Virus record (IMG/VR): IMGVR_UViG_3300025012_000054
Coordinates: 27,456-91,455 of that record
Origin: a virus
Reading direction: 5' to 3' (one strand)
DNA: 64,000 nt
This document shows, one piece after another, positions 1 through 9,437 of this stretch. Below the pieces are notes generated by a model. The model had not been told where the DNA came from and did not search any database. It saw only the letters and a program-made list of their open reading frames with translations. Positions within the stretch are counted from its first letter, which is position 1. The number at the start of each line of letters is the position of its first letter. Made by a program: the position numbers and the translations under genes.

Positions 1-17
1 CTAATATCGTTAGTAAT

Positions 18-527
18 TTGGAAAGTAATCTAGATTGTTTGGGATTCAGTTTACGTCTTGGCTTAAATTGCTCGTTCTGCTTTCCATACGGCAAACTCCA
101 AGACATTCCTGCTACTACAAAAATAGACAATGGAGTTGTTAATAAATATAATTGGCAAACGGCGCAACTGGACTTTGGCTACCCACTCGAACTATCAAGT
201 TCTGCTTACAGGCTGGAAGATATAATGGAAATACTAGATAATTGCGATTATCATAATCCAAATTCCCTAGAGGATAGTATGACCAGTTGCCACATTCAGG
301 TAAAACCAAATTTATTAATGTATGATAAAAGCGTGGCGTTTAGCAATCCAATCAACAAAGTCCAACTTGATCATCCTAATAAAAGCGGCGATATAGATGC
401 AGACGTATTGTTACAATATTTTATGGCTGGTTATAGAATAGACGACAAGCTGTTCAATCATTATAAAAACAGCGGAGCACATGAATTAGTAGATATAGAG
501 GTGAAGAAAATATATGAGCAGACATAA
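18..527 (+). CDS. Probable glycosyltransferase-related protein, C-terminal part (likely begins before the window)
   Basis: Frame is open from near the window edge; overlaps the start of a GT2 gene; DFGYP motif. Confidence 0.4.
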   Translation: MESNLDCLGFSLRLGLNCSFCFPYGKLQDIPATTKIDNGVVNKYNWQTAQLDFGYPLELSSSAYRLEDIMEILDNCDYHNPNSLEDSMTSCHIQVKPNLLMYDKSVAFSNPINKVQLDHPNKSGDIDADVLLQYFMAGYRIDDKLFNHYKNSGAHELVDIEVKKIYEQT

Positions 528-1347
528 ACCAAAACAACACACTAAAGAAAGCAATCCTTTGATTTCTGTGATTGTACCAGTTTATAATCGCAAAGAGTGG
601 ATACCCTTAACGCTGGAATCCCTGCGAAGTCAAACTTACAAGAATGTCGAAGTGGCAATTTGCAACGATGGCGGAGAACCTATTGATGATATTCTAAGTC
701 AATTTCAGGACTTGAACATTATTTATACTGCACACGCCGAGAATAAAGGGCTTCCTGCTGCCAGAAATACTGCCCTTAAAAGCTGCCATGGTGAATTCAT
801 AAGTTTTCTCGATTCAGATGATCAATATATGCCTTTGGCGCTAGAATTTAGAATGTGGAATATCAAAAAATTAAATGCGGAAATAGTTTATACACGATCT
901 TTGAGGAATATATATGATCCCATCATACAAGATAACCAAAAGAGATATCGTCTCAAACATCAGGAACTATACTGGAACTCAGAATTTTCTCGTGACCAAA
1001 TATTATGGATGAATATCTGTCCTTGTTGCAATACTCTTTTTTCAAGAAAATCGTGGGAAAAAACAGAATATTGGCTCGATGAAACGTTAACGTCAACCGA
1101 AGATCATGATTTTTGGATTGCATTAAGCAGAAAATTCGATTTTTACAATCTCTCATTGTTAGACGCGGAATGCAGTTATAGGTTAGAGCCTGGAGGACAA
1201 ATGACCGGCAATCGTGATTTTTCACAGAATTGGATTAAAGTCTTTAAGAAATGGAGGAACACCGCCGAGAATCTGACCCTTGTTACAAATACCCAAAACG
1301 CAATTTTAAAACAGGCGGGAATCGACCCTGAAAAATATGGCTTATAA
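514..1347 (+). CDS. Glycosyltransferase family 2 (GT-A fold)
   Basis: ISVIVPVYNR, NDGG, NKGLPAARN, FLDSDD (DXD) and EDHDFW motifs. Confidence 0.92.
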   Translation: MSRHKPKQHTKESNPLISVIVPVYNRKEWIPLTLESLRSQTYKNVEVAICNDGGEPIDDILSQFQDLNIIYTAHAENKGLPAARNTALKSCHGEFISFLDSDDQYMPLALEFRMWNIKKLNAEIVYTRSLRNIYDPIIQDNQKRYRLKHQELYWNSEFSRDQILWMNICPCCNTLFSRKSWEKTEYWLDETLTSTEDHDFWIALSRKFDFYNLSLLDAECSYRLEPGGQMTGNRDFSQNWIKVFKKWRNTAENLTLVTNTQNAILKQAGIDPEKYGL

Positions 1348-2302
1348 AAGCAAATATATCAATCTCGACCTAACAGGGATGAGATTTGGAAAATTAACGG
1401 CAATAAAAAAATCGGAAACGAAAAAAACGCGAAAAACAACTTGGGAATGCTACTGCGATTGTGGAAATACCTCTTTAAGAACAGTTACAGAATTGCTGGT
1501 TTTAAATCTCCAAACATGTGGAAAGTGCCATAGAAATAAAGATATTACAGGAAAGAGATTTGGTAGTTTGATAGTTCTATTCCTTGATCATTTTTATAGA
1601 AAACAGCCTTATTGGAAATGCAAGTGTGATTGTGACAACACTACTGTTGTTCGAGGGAGCAGTCTGGCGTCGGGATACACTAGGAGTTGTGGATGTAGGA
1701 GAATTATTGTTGGCAAAATGAGAATGATTGATTTAACTAACAAGAAGTTTGGTAGATGGACGGTGTTATCTTTAGCAGAAAGACCAGAAAATATAAAATC
1801 AGGAATATATTGGAATTGTATTTGCGATTGCGGAAATCCAGGTATTATTAGAGGAGCAAATTTAGTAAACGGAAACACAATTTCTTGCGGATGTTACCTT
1901 AAAGACCATTTTGAGTCAGGACTCGAAAAAGCCAACATTCATAGGGCGTACATGTCATATAAAAAATCTGCAAGAAATAAAAATCAAGAATTCGAGTTAA
2001 CTGAAAAAGATTTTTTATATTTGGCAAAACAAAATTGCTTTTATTGTAACGCTCCTCCTTCTAATATACAAAAAGGCGGAATGAATAGTGTTTTTTATTA
2101 TTCTGGAATGGATAGGGTTGACAATACAAGAGGATATACTTTGGATAATGCTGTTCCCTGCTGTAAAGAATGTAATATAGGTAAAAAAGCAAAAACCAAA
2201 GAAGAATTTTTAAATTGGATTAAGAGAATATATATGCATTCTATTCTCAATAAAGATGAAAAAGAAAATCCTGTAAGCCAATATAAAGCAAAGGAGAAAT
2301 AA
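1337..2302 (+). CDS. HNH homing endonuclease with three tandem N-terminal DNA-binding repeats
   Basis: Three DLTGxRFGxL...W.C.CDCG repeats; C-terminal CFYC...GMDRVDNTRGYTLDNAVPCCKECN. Confidence 0.85.
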   Translation: MAYKSKYINLDLTGMRFGKLTAIKKSETKKTRKTTWECYCDCGNTSLRTVTELLVLNLQTCGKCHRNKDITGKRFGSLIVLFLDHFYRKQPYWKCKCDCDNTTVVRGSSLASGYTRSCGCRRIIVGKMRMIDLTNKKFGRWTVLSLAERPENIKSGIYWNCICDCGNPGIIRGANLVNGNTISCGCYLKDHFESGLEKANIHRAYMSYKKSARNKNQEFELTEKDFLYLAKQNCFYCNAPPSNIQKGGMNSVFYYSGMDRVDNTRGYTLDNAVPCCKECNIGKKAKTKEEFLNWIKRIYMHSILNKDEKENPVSQYKAKEK

Positions 2303-2304
2303 AT

Positions 2305-3420
2305 TTGGATATCGTAATGGTTTTCGCAGATTCGCCTGGTGAATTAAATTGTTCCATCCATAACATTTTAAATCCGGCAAAAGCAATTAATAAACTAGAA
2401 GGGCATCATGTCGATACATTTTTTATCAATGATTTTAATACCAATACAGAGGAGGTTCAAAAGGCTTGTGAAAAAGCAGATATTATCGTAATTGAACGCA
2501 ATTTGTTTGGCGATGCCCTGGTAATGGAAATGTTTTGGTGGGTTAGAAATAAGACAATAGCGGTAATATTTGACGATGCCTATCATGTTATTGAGCCGGA
2601 AAACGTAGCCCATGGCTTCTGGCACGAAAGTCAGATAATGACCAAGAATGAAGACAATACGCTGAATACCCTGACTGTTGTGCCAAAGACGTTGACGCAG
2701 TTACGCAGGGGCGTTCGCACAGCTAAGGGCATGATTGCGCCATCTAAGGTGTTGACAGATGATTGGATGGCATATACAAAAACATATCGCACCCATAACT
2801 ACCTGGATTTGAATCGCTACCCAGATGATACGCAGCCATTATTTCCCCACGATGACATTGTAATAGGCTGGTGTGGGAGTATGTCGCATGTTTCTTCTTT
2901 TACGGATAGTGGCGTTTTACCTGCTCTTACCTATGTGGGTAGAAAATATCCTAATGTTAGAATTATGTGCGGTGGTGACAAAAGAGTTTACGATAAAATC
3001 AATCTTCCCGAAGGCAAGAAATTCTTCTCACCGTTTGTTCCAGAAGAACAATGGGCGTCCCTGTTGAAAAGCATTGATATTGGATTAGCCCCTTTGAGCA
3101 GTGAGTTCGACAAAAGGCGGTCATGGATTAAAGCCCTGGAATATATGATAATGAAAACTCCATGGATTGCCACCAATTTCGAGACCTATCATGAACTCGG
3201 CGAGTATGGAACACTGGTGGAAAACGGCGTAGATAATTGGAAGAAGGCATTAGTGGACATGATCGAAAATATAGAAGATGCTCGTAAACTAGCAAACGGT
3301 AAAGCCTACGAATTTGCCTTGGAACAAACTTACGAAAAAAATATTCATAAACTATTGGATGTGTACCAACAAATTATCAGTTCTCCAGATCGTGATGACG
3401 TACATGATTACGGTAAATGA
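2305..3420 (+). CDS. Glycosyltransferase (GT-B/GT4-like)
   Basis: IGWCGSMSH, DIGLAPL, KSWIKALEY-type motif typical of phage GT4-like enzymes. Confidence 0.8.
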   Translation: MDIVMVFADSPGELNCSIHNILNPAKAINKLEGHHVDTFFINDFNTNTEEVQKACEKADIIVIERNLFGDALVMEMFWWVRNKTIAVIFDDAYHVIEPENVAHGFWHESQIMTKNEDNTLNTLTVVPKTLTQLRRGVRTAKGMIAPSKVLTDDWMAYTKTYRTHNYLDLNRYPDDTQPLFPHDDIVIGWCGSMSHVSSFTDSGVLPALTYVGRKYPNVRIMCGGDKRVYDKINLPEGKKFFSPFVPEEQWASLLKSIDIGLAPLSSEFDKRRSWIKALEYMIMKTPWIATNFETYHELGEYGTLVENGVDNWKKALVDMIENIEDARKLANGKAYEFALEQTYEKNIHKLLDVYQQIISSPDRDDVHDYGK

Positions 3421-3628
3421 TTGGATAATCAAAACAGATATACAAATAGAAGAAAAACGTGCTCGTCATAAAAATTCACTCTATGTCATGGAAGCAAAAA
3501 TAATAGAAGATGGAATTAGTATCGAAGAACGTATAAGCGAATATTATGACGCCAAAAATATCTGTACTAAAATCAAACGATGCCCGCTAAAACATGCTTA
3601 TGAAATCGCCCTGTGGCAGAAAATATAA
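3404..3628 (+). CDS. Hypothetical protein
   Basis: ATG at 3404 overlaps the end of the upstream gene; in frame with track ORF 3314..3628. Confidence 0.45.
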   Translation: MITVNDWIIKTDIQIEEKRARHKNSLYVMEAKIIEDGISIEERISEYYDAKNICTKIKRCPLKHAYEIALWQKI

Positions 3629-4004
3629 GCCCCGAAGAACGTGTAAACATTGTGGTGGACTTTTGGTACAAATAGACGAGATGATGCTGCCCACTATTAG
3701 CCTGTTGAATAAGAAGGGATATCGTACCAGATTTTGTTGTAGCGGTCACGTATATGATGATTTTATTCATCCTTTTCTCTTGTTTCAAACATATGTGATT
3801 TTCGAAAAAAACATTATACTTCCATCAATACCTAAAGATTTTAGATACGATGGCAACTATGAAGACGGAAGATCTTGCATTAGAAAAGATTCATATGATG
3901 GATGGACTGATAGTTATGCCCATTGCGAGTTACTAAGAGGAAATTTATCGCTGATAGAATGGGCAACAATGTTACCACAACATAATGAAAGCAACATTTT
4001 ATAA
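3594..4004 (+). CDS. Hypothetical phage protein (CxxC, T-x-F-CCSGH motif)
   Basis: ORF track; ends at palindrome site 3985-4002. Confidence 0.6.
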   Translation: MLMKSPCGRKYKPRRTCKHCGGLLVQIDEMMLPTISLLNKKGYRTRFCCSGHVYDDFIHPFLLFQTYVIFEKNIILPSIPKDFRYDGNYEDGRSCIRKDSYDGWTDSYAHCELLRGNLSLIEWATMLPQHNESNIL

Positions 4005-4013
4005 AGGAGTTAT

Positions 4014-4214
4014 ATGTTGGAAAAAGATAAAGATCCAACCGGTAAAGATATAAAGAATATGCTATCAGATTTTCACGCTGAAACAGAAACAGACCTGGAA
4101 GAAAATCTGCTGAAAGATTGGAATATGGTAAGATGTGCGATATGCCATAGGCAACTGGATTTATTGGTAGCCGCTTATTTAGACGATGAACCCGTACACC
4201 AATATTGTTTATAG
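4014..4214 (+). CDS. Hypothetical protein (CxxC...HxxC zinc-binding)
   Basis: AAGGAG RBS directly after a palindrome site. Confidence 0.65.
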   Translation: MLEKDKDPTGKDIKNMLSDFHAETETDLEENLLKDWNMVRCAICHRQLDLLVAAYLDDEPVHQYCL

Positions 4215-4223
4215 GATGCCGAT

Positions 4224-4445
4224 ATGATTACCTTGGATTCAATATTACAAATGATATATGATAAGCATGAATCTCTGGAGCGCAAAATGTCCGAAGGCAA
4301 ATCTCGCGGAATGACCCAGATGGAAGAATTCGGATTACTGAGCGAGGATGTAGCTACTATGGAAATCTACAACACTATAATGAAAGATGTTATTGATTGC
4401 AATAAAGATTTAAACAACTATTCGGATTGGCTAAAGACAGCCTAG
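4224..4445 (+). CDS. Hypothetical protein
   Basis: ORF track, tightly packed. Confidence 0.6.
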   Translation: MITLDSILQMIYDKHESLERKMSEGKSRGMTQMEEFGLLSEDVATMEIYNTIMKDVIDCNKDLNNYSDWLKTA

Positions 4446-4453
4446 GAGAAAAA

Positions 4454-4666
4454 ATGGACACCATAAAATTTGAATTAAATACAGACACGGATTACCGCGT
4501 TGTTGCCGAAATATCTTTAAACGGCGTCAGTATTGATGACTATCTCATTGCTTTCAAAGCGTTTCTAATCGCTTGTAGTTTTACCGAACAAACAGTAGAA
4601 GAAATCCAAATGATGGAAAACGCCAGATATATTATCGACAGAGAACAACAAGAAAACAATATTTAA
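4454..4666 (+). CDS. Hypothetical protein
   Basis: AGGAG RBS before ATG 4454. Confidence 0.6.
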   Translation: MDTIKFELNTDTDYRVVAEISLNGVSIDDYLIAFKAFLIACSFTEQTVEEIQMMENARYIIDREQQENNI

Positions 4667-4669
4667 CCC

Positions 4670-4698
4670 TTGACAAGAACGGCAATTGGTGGTAATAT
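4670..4698 (+). promoter_or_regulatory. Sigma70/SigA-type promoter of the tyrosine recombinase
   Basis: TTGACA-17bp-TAATAT with extended -10 TG. Confidence 0.75.
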
Positions 4699-4720
4699 TT
4701 ATATATTCAAGGAGATGATT

Positions 4721-5596
4721 ATGCGAGAATATAATGAATTTATCAAAAATAAAAGCCACTTATCACCACATACGCTAAGAAGTTATAGTAGTACCATATC
4801 TAAATTCTTGGTGCATTACGACGTTAAAGACATTGAAGATTATCGACGGTTACAACTCATTGACTTTGAAAATTATCTCAGCGAATTACCGGTACAAAAC
4901 AGCAGTTACAACGCACATCTGCGCAATCTTCAGGTGTTTTCTTCCTGGCTGCATGATCATAAAATGACCGCTGAAAACATCATCCAGAATATGAAACCCC
5001 GCAAGGAAGAGCGCAAAGATAAGATATCTCTTACAGAAGCAGAAAGACAGGCGATGATTAGTCATGCAGATTCTCTTGACTTCAAACTTAGTCTGGCGCT
5101 GATGTTTTACATGGGGCTACGTCGTGAGGAATTAATCGGAGTAAAAGTGTCGGATATCGGGGGCGATTTCCTGACGGTTTTAGGCAAGGGTAAAAAGAAA
5201 GTTAAGTTAGAAATGCCTCCGATTGTAAAAACGCTGGTAGATGCTTATTTGTCCTTGCGTAAAAGCGATAGCGAATATCTTATTCTTTCAAAGGTAGGAA
5301 AGCACTCACTGTCTAGCAGCGGATCTATTTACAAGCGCGTAAAGTCTGTGGCTAAAAAGGCAGGGATTGCGCCGGAACGAGTTGAGATGATTGCACCCCA
5401 TACTCTCCGCAGGACGTTTGCTTGCTTGGCGGTACAAAACAATGTGTCGCCATATATTGTGAAGGACATGCTCCGCCACAGCCAGTTCAGTACCACCGAG
5501 AGGTATCTTAAAGCCATGGGTTCCGATGTGGCTAACACAGCAATTAGGAATCAGCCGATGCCCAGCGAGGAGGCAATGCAATGGTCGAAGCTATAG
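4721..5596 (+). CDS. Tyrosine recombinase (XerC/D-like integrase)
   Basis: SAM-like N-terminal domain (SPHTLRSY); catalytic R (GLRREE), K (GKGKK), HxxR (HTLRR), H (LRHS), Y (TERY); AAGGAG RBS before ATG 4721. Confidence 0.93.
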   Translation: MREYNEFIKNKSHLSPHTLRSYSSTISKFLVHYDVKDIEDYRRLQLIDFENYLSELPVQNSSYNAHLRNLQVFSSWLHDHKMTAENIIQNMKPRKEERKDKISLTEAERQAMISHADSLDFKLSLALMFYMGLRREELIGVKVSDIGGDFLTVLGKGKKKVKLEMPPIVKTLVDAYLSLRKSDSEYLILSKVGKHSLSSSGSIYKRVKSVAKKAGIAPERVEMIAPHTLRRTFACLAVQNNVSPYIVKDMLRHSQFSTTERYLKAMGSDVANTAIRNQPMPSEEAMQWSKL

Positions 5597-5805
5597 AAAT
5601 ACGATCATGCTTCCTGTGGCAAAACGCCGTCACCTGGTATGAGGAAAAGTATGGAAAGTGTAGTTGGATTGCTAGTGAAAGCGGAGCAAATGTTATCAAT
5701 AGTCTAACTGGTGACTTGGTTGCATATAAAACACATTTTCCCAATCAATATTTTCTCGTTACAGAATATTTTCAAAAATCCCCATGGGGGAAAAAGACAC
5801 AATGA
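5581..5805 (+). CDS. Hypothetical protein
   Basis: GAGGAGG RBS; TGA stop lies inside palindrome 5802. Confidence 0.65.
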   Translation: MVEAIEIRSCFLWQNAVTWYEEKYGKCSWIASESGANVINSLTGDLVAYKTHFPNQYFLVTEYFQKSPWGKKTQ

Positions 5806-5829
5806 AACCTATCTTTTATTAGGAGTAAA

Positions 5830-6012
5830 ATGGACGAACATATAAAGAATCTTTGGGAAATAATCATTGAAGAAATGCCTCAAGGCTGTATTATAACTGA
5901 TATCAAAACGAGGGATGAGATTGTAATTGCGTCAATGCACGATGCCCTAGCGCTTGCTCAATCACTACTAGAAATGGTTAAGGCGCAAATAGAGAAACGC
6001 GGAATAGAATAA
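5830..6012 (+). CDS. Hypothetical protein (palindrome-flanked)
   Basis: AGGAG RBS; flanked by sites 5802 and 6009. Confidence 0.7.
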   Translation: MDEHIKNLWEIIIEEMPQGCIITDIKTRDEIVIASMHDALALAQSLLEMVKAQIEKRGIE

Positions 6013-6038
6013 AAGACTGATTTCATTAGGAGAGAATA

Positions 6039-6590
6039 TTGGACAGAGCGCATAGTTTGGTAGGTTTTAATCCAACAGATAGACCCCAAGACGATTTTTA
6101 TCCAACGCCAGAGAATGCCACCATTTCATTATTAGACATATTCAAGCCATCTGGTAATATTTGGGAATGTGCTTGTGGCAATGGGGCAATTTCAGAAGTC
6201 CTTATACGAAACGGATATGATGTTATTAGCACAGATTTATATGGACATGGATATGGAAAAGTTGGCGTAGATTTTCTGGAAACTAAAGAAAAATTATCAG
6301 ACAATATCATAACCAATCCTCCTTTTAATTTGGCAAATGAATTTATTGACCATGCAATCAACGGATTGAAAATTAAAAATATGGCTTTACTCTTGAAATT
6401 ACAAGCGCTTGAGGGCGATAAACGAAGTAAACTCTTGCAGCAAACCCGTTTATCATCAGTAAACGTTTTTAGAAAAAGATTAACTTTAACGCGCAATGGC
6501 GAAAAGATGAAAAATAGTGGAATGATTGCCTTTGCTTGGTTTGTTTGGAAAGAAGATTATCTTGGTTCACCTATCGTGAGATGGCTATAA
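6039..6590 (+). CDS. DNA methyltransferase (amino-MTase, probably N6-adenine)
   Basis: DFYPTP, WECACGNG (SAM-binding), TNPPF catalytic motif; TTG start. Confidence 0.85.
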   Translation: MDRAHSLVGFNPTDRPQDDFYPTPENATISLLDIFKPSGNIWECACGNGAISEVLIRNGYDVISTDLYGHGYGKVGVDFLETKEKLSDNIITNPPFNLANEFIDHAINGLKIKNMALLLKLQALEGDKRSKLLQQTRLSSVNVFRKRLTLTRNGEKMKNSGMIAFAWFVWKEDYLGSPIVRWL

Positions 6591-6807
6591 TAAATCTTTG
6601 ATAGCACAATGAGAAAAATGGAAGATTGGAATGATATTTTTAAGGAAATAGCAGAAATGCTTATTAGGCTTGCCAAACAAATGGACATCTCAGTAGAAGA
6701 AGTTATTGAAGGTACAAAAAAAATGGATTGATGAGGGAAAAGATGCCTCATAAAATCTTGATTTCATTGTACGAGTGTTTTCAACATTTGTTGAAAGGAT
6801 ATATAGT

Positions 6808-7119
6808 ATGACCGTGCCGAATAAAGAATCGCGTGATTTATTTGAAGAACTCGTAAAAATCATTTTAATGCGGGGTACTATGTTTCCAAAAGAACATGGA
6901 AACTGGGCAAGGCTTCAAATTGGTGACGATGCGTATCTGTGTATGGATACTTGGAGTCAAGCAATTCACCTTAAGAAAAATGCAGAGTACAACAATAAAT
7001 GGACTGGATTTGATGGAGAAGAAATGCAATATTTGGGACTGAATTTTGGCGGAATGGAACTCCATGTAGATGCTTATTATCTGGAAAATTTGTTAGAAGC
7101 AATAAAAAAAAGTACATGA
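6808..7119 (+). CDS. Hypothetical protein (palindrome-flanked)
   Basis: Between sites 6750 and 7116; stop inside the site. Confidence 0.65.
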   Translation: MTVPNKESRDLFEELVKIILMRGTMFPKEHGNWARLQIGDDAYLCMDTWSQAIHLKKNAEYNNKWTGFDGEEMQYLGLNFGGMELHVDAYYLENLLEAIKKST

Positions 7120-7144
7120 AAGTAAAATTTTATTAGGAGATATT

Positions 7145-7324
7145 ATGAAGCAAGCGATAATTCATTTCAAGAATGGAACAAAAGATTGGGTAGATCCAAT
7201 CGATGACGAAGAAAAAGACATTTTCTATGGGAACGCCACTATTATCATAACCAACGGGGCAAATCAAAGATATGTTTATGATAGGCAGTCCATATCGCTG
7301 ATCGAAATTGTACATATTGATTAA
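7145..7324 (+). CDS. Small hypothetical protein, 59 aa (not in ORF track)
   Basis: AGGAG RBS; MKQAIIHFKNGTKDWVDP...; flanked by sites 7116 and 7324. Confidence 0.7.
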   Translation: MKQAIIHFKNGTKDWVDPIDDEEKDIFYGNATIIITNGANQRYVYDRQSISLIEIVHID

Positions 7325-7389
7325 TGAAATTGAACTTTCATGAGGTACATAAAACAATAATTTCATAAGGTTTTGAAATGGATAAATAA

Positions 7390-7608
7390 ATGAAAATAGA
7401 TTTTATATCAATTGAAAAAATGAAAAATCAAATACCAAATTGTAATACGTTGCTGATATCACAGAAAACTTATGATGAAAATATTAAGAATTTTAAAAAC
7501 GGATATTATGGTAAATTAAAAATAGAAATTGCAAAAAATGCAGACGACAATAAGATGTTATTATATTGTTCGCCTAATGAGAAAGATATGACCGCCGGTA
7601 AATTATGA
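7390..7608 (+). CDS. Hypothetical protein
   Basis: ORF track; very AT-rich. Confidence 0.5.
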   Translation: MKIDFISIEKMKNQIPNCNTLLISQKTYDENIKNFKNGYYGKLKIEIAKNADDNKMLLYCSPNEKDMTAGKL

Positions 7609-7796
7609 AATTTGATCTTTATTTTAAAAATAAAACTTTGTATATTGGTTATATAAAAGGTTTTGACGATGGGTATATTGATGGAAAAAATGATTTGGGC
7701 TATAAACAAAAAGATAAAAATATAAATTTATATTGCCTAGGATACTTTGAGGGGTATAATTATGGGAACAACCAATATAAAAAAATGGAAAGGTAA
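7605..7796 (+). CDS. Hypothetical protein (GYxxGY repeats)
   Basis: ATGA overlap with upstream gene. Confidence 0.55.
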   Translation: MKFDLYFKNKTLYIGYIKGFDDGYIDGKNDLGYKQKDKNINLYCLGYFEGYNYGNNQYKKMER

Positions 7797-7896
7797 AATT
7801 TTGTTACTTATAAATAGGGCAATAGACATAAAACGCCTATTATCCTAAACAAAAACTTATTAGAAAATTTTAAATAACAAATAAGAGGAGAAGATT

Positions 7897-8097
7897 ATGG
7901 CGCCAAGCAGAATAAGCATACTAAAAAATAAATATAATGAAGTGTCTTTATCTTTATATAATTGGACTTTACATGATTCTGTTCCAGTAATTACGATGGC
8001 ATGTAATTCACCAGAAGAATTAATATCTGAGATAGATGAATTAATTGAAAATTTAAAAGAAATAAAGATTAACGCTGAACAATATTTTATCACATAA
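7897..8097 (+). CDS. Hypothetical protein
   Basis: GAGGAG RBS. Confidence 0.6.
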   Translation: MAPSRISILKNKYNEVSLSLYNWTLHDSVPVITMACNSPEELISEIDELIENLKEIKINAEQYFIT

Positions 8098-8181
8098 AAT
8101 ATTCTTTTTTTATGAAAAATACGATAGGGTCTATAGATTATATTCTGGCAATAACCAAAAAATAAATGAAAGGACAAAATC

Positions 8182-8562
8182 ATGCGCAAAGAAAACGGTA
8201 AATTAATTGTTATAAAAAAAGAATTTCCAACGTATTTTGGTTTTACAAGAAATGATATAGTTGCCTTATGTTCAGAAAATAACATATATTCAAATGAGGA
8301 ATGTATGAAAAGAAAAATTCGAAGATTTCTAATGGGTTTGGAAATATCGCTGTTCAAAACATTCTGGTATTTTGACAGGGCAGGATTTTGGTTCTTGTAC
8401 CATGGCGATGAGGTCTGTTGGATTTACCCATGGCGTAGAACCAATAAAGATGAGAAATGGATTTCTTTATTTTTTAGTGGAAGTGGACAATTTGGCGATG
8501 CGGTCTACAAAACATTAAAAGATATTGACGATGAATATGATGCGTTTTGTGAAGCACAATAA
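8182..8562 (+). CDS. Hypothetical protein
   Basis: AAGGA RBS; stop inside site 8559. Confidence 0.6.
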   Translation: MRKENGKLIVIKKEFPTYFGFTRNDIVALCSENNIYSNEECMKRKIRRFLMGLEISLFKTFWYFDRAGFWFLYHGDEVCWIYPWRRTNKDEKWISLFFSGSGQFGDAVYKTLKDIDDEYDAFCEAQ

Positions 8563-8578
8563 AATAACTGTTTCATAA

Positions 8579-9047
8579 GGTTTCAAATAGGTGGCAACAG
8601 AAAAGGTAGAGGTGAAGGAATGGGTGTTACAGACGGTGATGGTGATTTAAAAGCAGTAGATACAAATTTTATTAAGTATGTTTATAACGTGGATTATCAG
8701 AAATGCTACAAAAATAATTTTGGGAATAATGTGGAGCGAGCCGTTAGATTTTACTTGTCTGCCGAAGAAAGAGGATTTCGCAGTGGAGGAATAAGTAGCG
8801 ACTCAAATGAAGTTTTTTATACAACAGAAGCAACCGGATTTGTGCTTTATCCACAGGCGCTAAATCCGTTCTTGAAAATTATGGAAACATTGAAGTTACA
8901 TGATAAAATAATTATTCTTCCCGCATATAATCAAGATGAAGGAATTAATCTTCCAGCATATATTATTGTGTGCTTATCGGATGGATATCCAATACAGATT
9001 GTAACTAAGAATATTTAATTAATTTAGGTTGCCACCTATTTTAAACC
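8579..9047. repeat. 20-bp inverted repeats (19/20 identical) bracketing a single gene
   Basis: GGTTTCAAATAGGTGGCAAC (8579-8598) vs GTTGCCACCTATTTTAAACC (9028-9047). Confidence 0.85.
8620..9018 (+). CDS. Hypothetical protein inside inverted repeats
   Basis: ORF track; GAGGTG RBS. Confidence 0.65.
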   Translation: MGVTDGDGDLKAVDTNFIKYVYNVDYQKCYKNNFGNNVERAVRFYLSAEERGFRSGGISSDSNEVFYTTEATGFVLYPQALNPFLKIMETLKLHDKIIILPAYNQDEGINLPAYIIVCLSDGYPIQIVTKNI

Positions 9048-9057
9048 CAGGAGAAAT

Positions 9058-9414
9058 ATGAATAAACAATTTAATCCCTATGATTTGAATGATGTATCCA
9101 ATATGGACAAGTTTATCAAAAACAAAAAGGAGAATAATATGAATCAGTTTCCAGAAATTAGATTTGATTTAGACGGTATTAAAGTAGGTATAATTCAAAC
9201 GTTGTCAAAATACAATAAAGAGACGGAAGAATATGTCGGTGCCGAAATCGAGAAAATAATTCAATCTTATGATTTCGATAAAGTAATCCGTGAAACCGCC
9301 GCCGTTGCTATTAGATCTGGTATCGAAAAAGCACTTGAAGGTTATTTTACTTATGGTGAGGGCTATAAGGCTATTCAGGATTTAGTCGCTAACAAATTAT
9401 CACCTAGGCAATGA
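9058..9414 (+). CDS. Hypothetical protein (alternative start 9139)
   Basis: AGGAG RBS before both starts; stop inside site 9411. Confidence 0.65.
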   Translation: MNKQFNPYDLNDVSNMDKFIKNKKENNMNQFPEIRFDLDGIKVGIIQTLSKYNKETEEYVGAEIEKIIQSYDFDKVIRETAAVAIRSGIEKALEGYFTYGEGYKAIQDLVANKLSPRQ

Positions 9415-9437
9415 AATGACCGTTTTATGAGGATGAT

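Noticed and set aside
4670-4720. TTG start of the recombinase given by the ORF track
   Set aside because: That TTG is part of the -35 box TTGACA; the RBS-supported start is ATG 4721.
6609-6753. Possible phase-variable A8 frameshift in a small ORF that would otherwise end in site 6750
   Set aside because: A single homopolymer in an AT-rich genome; it cannot be told apart from sequencing error or decay.
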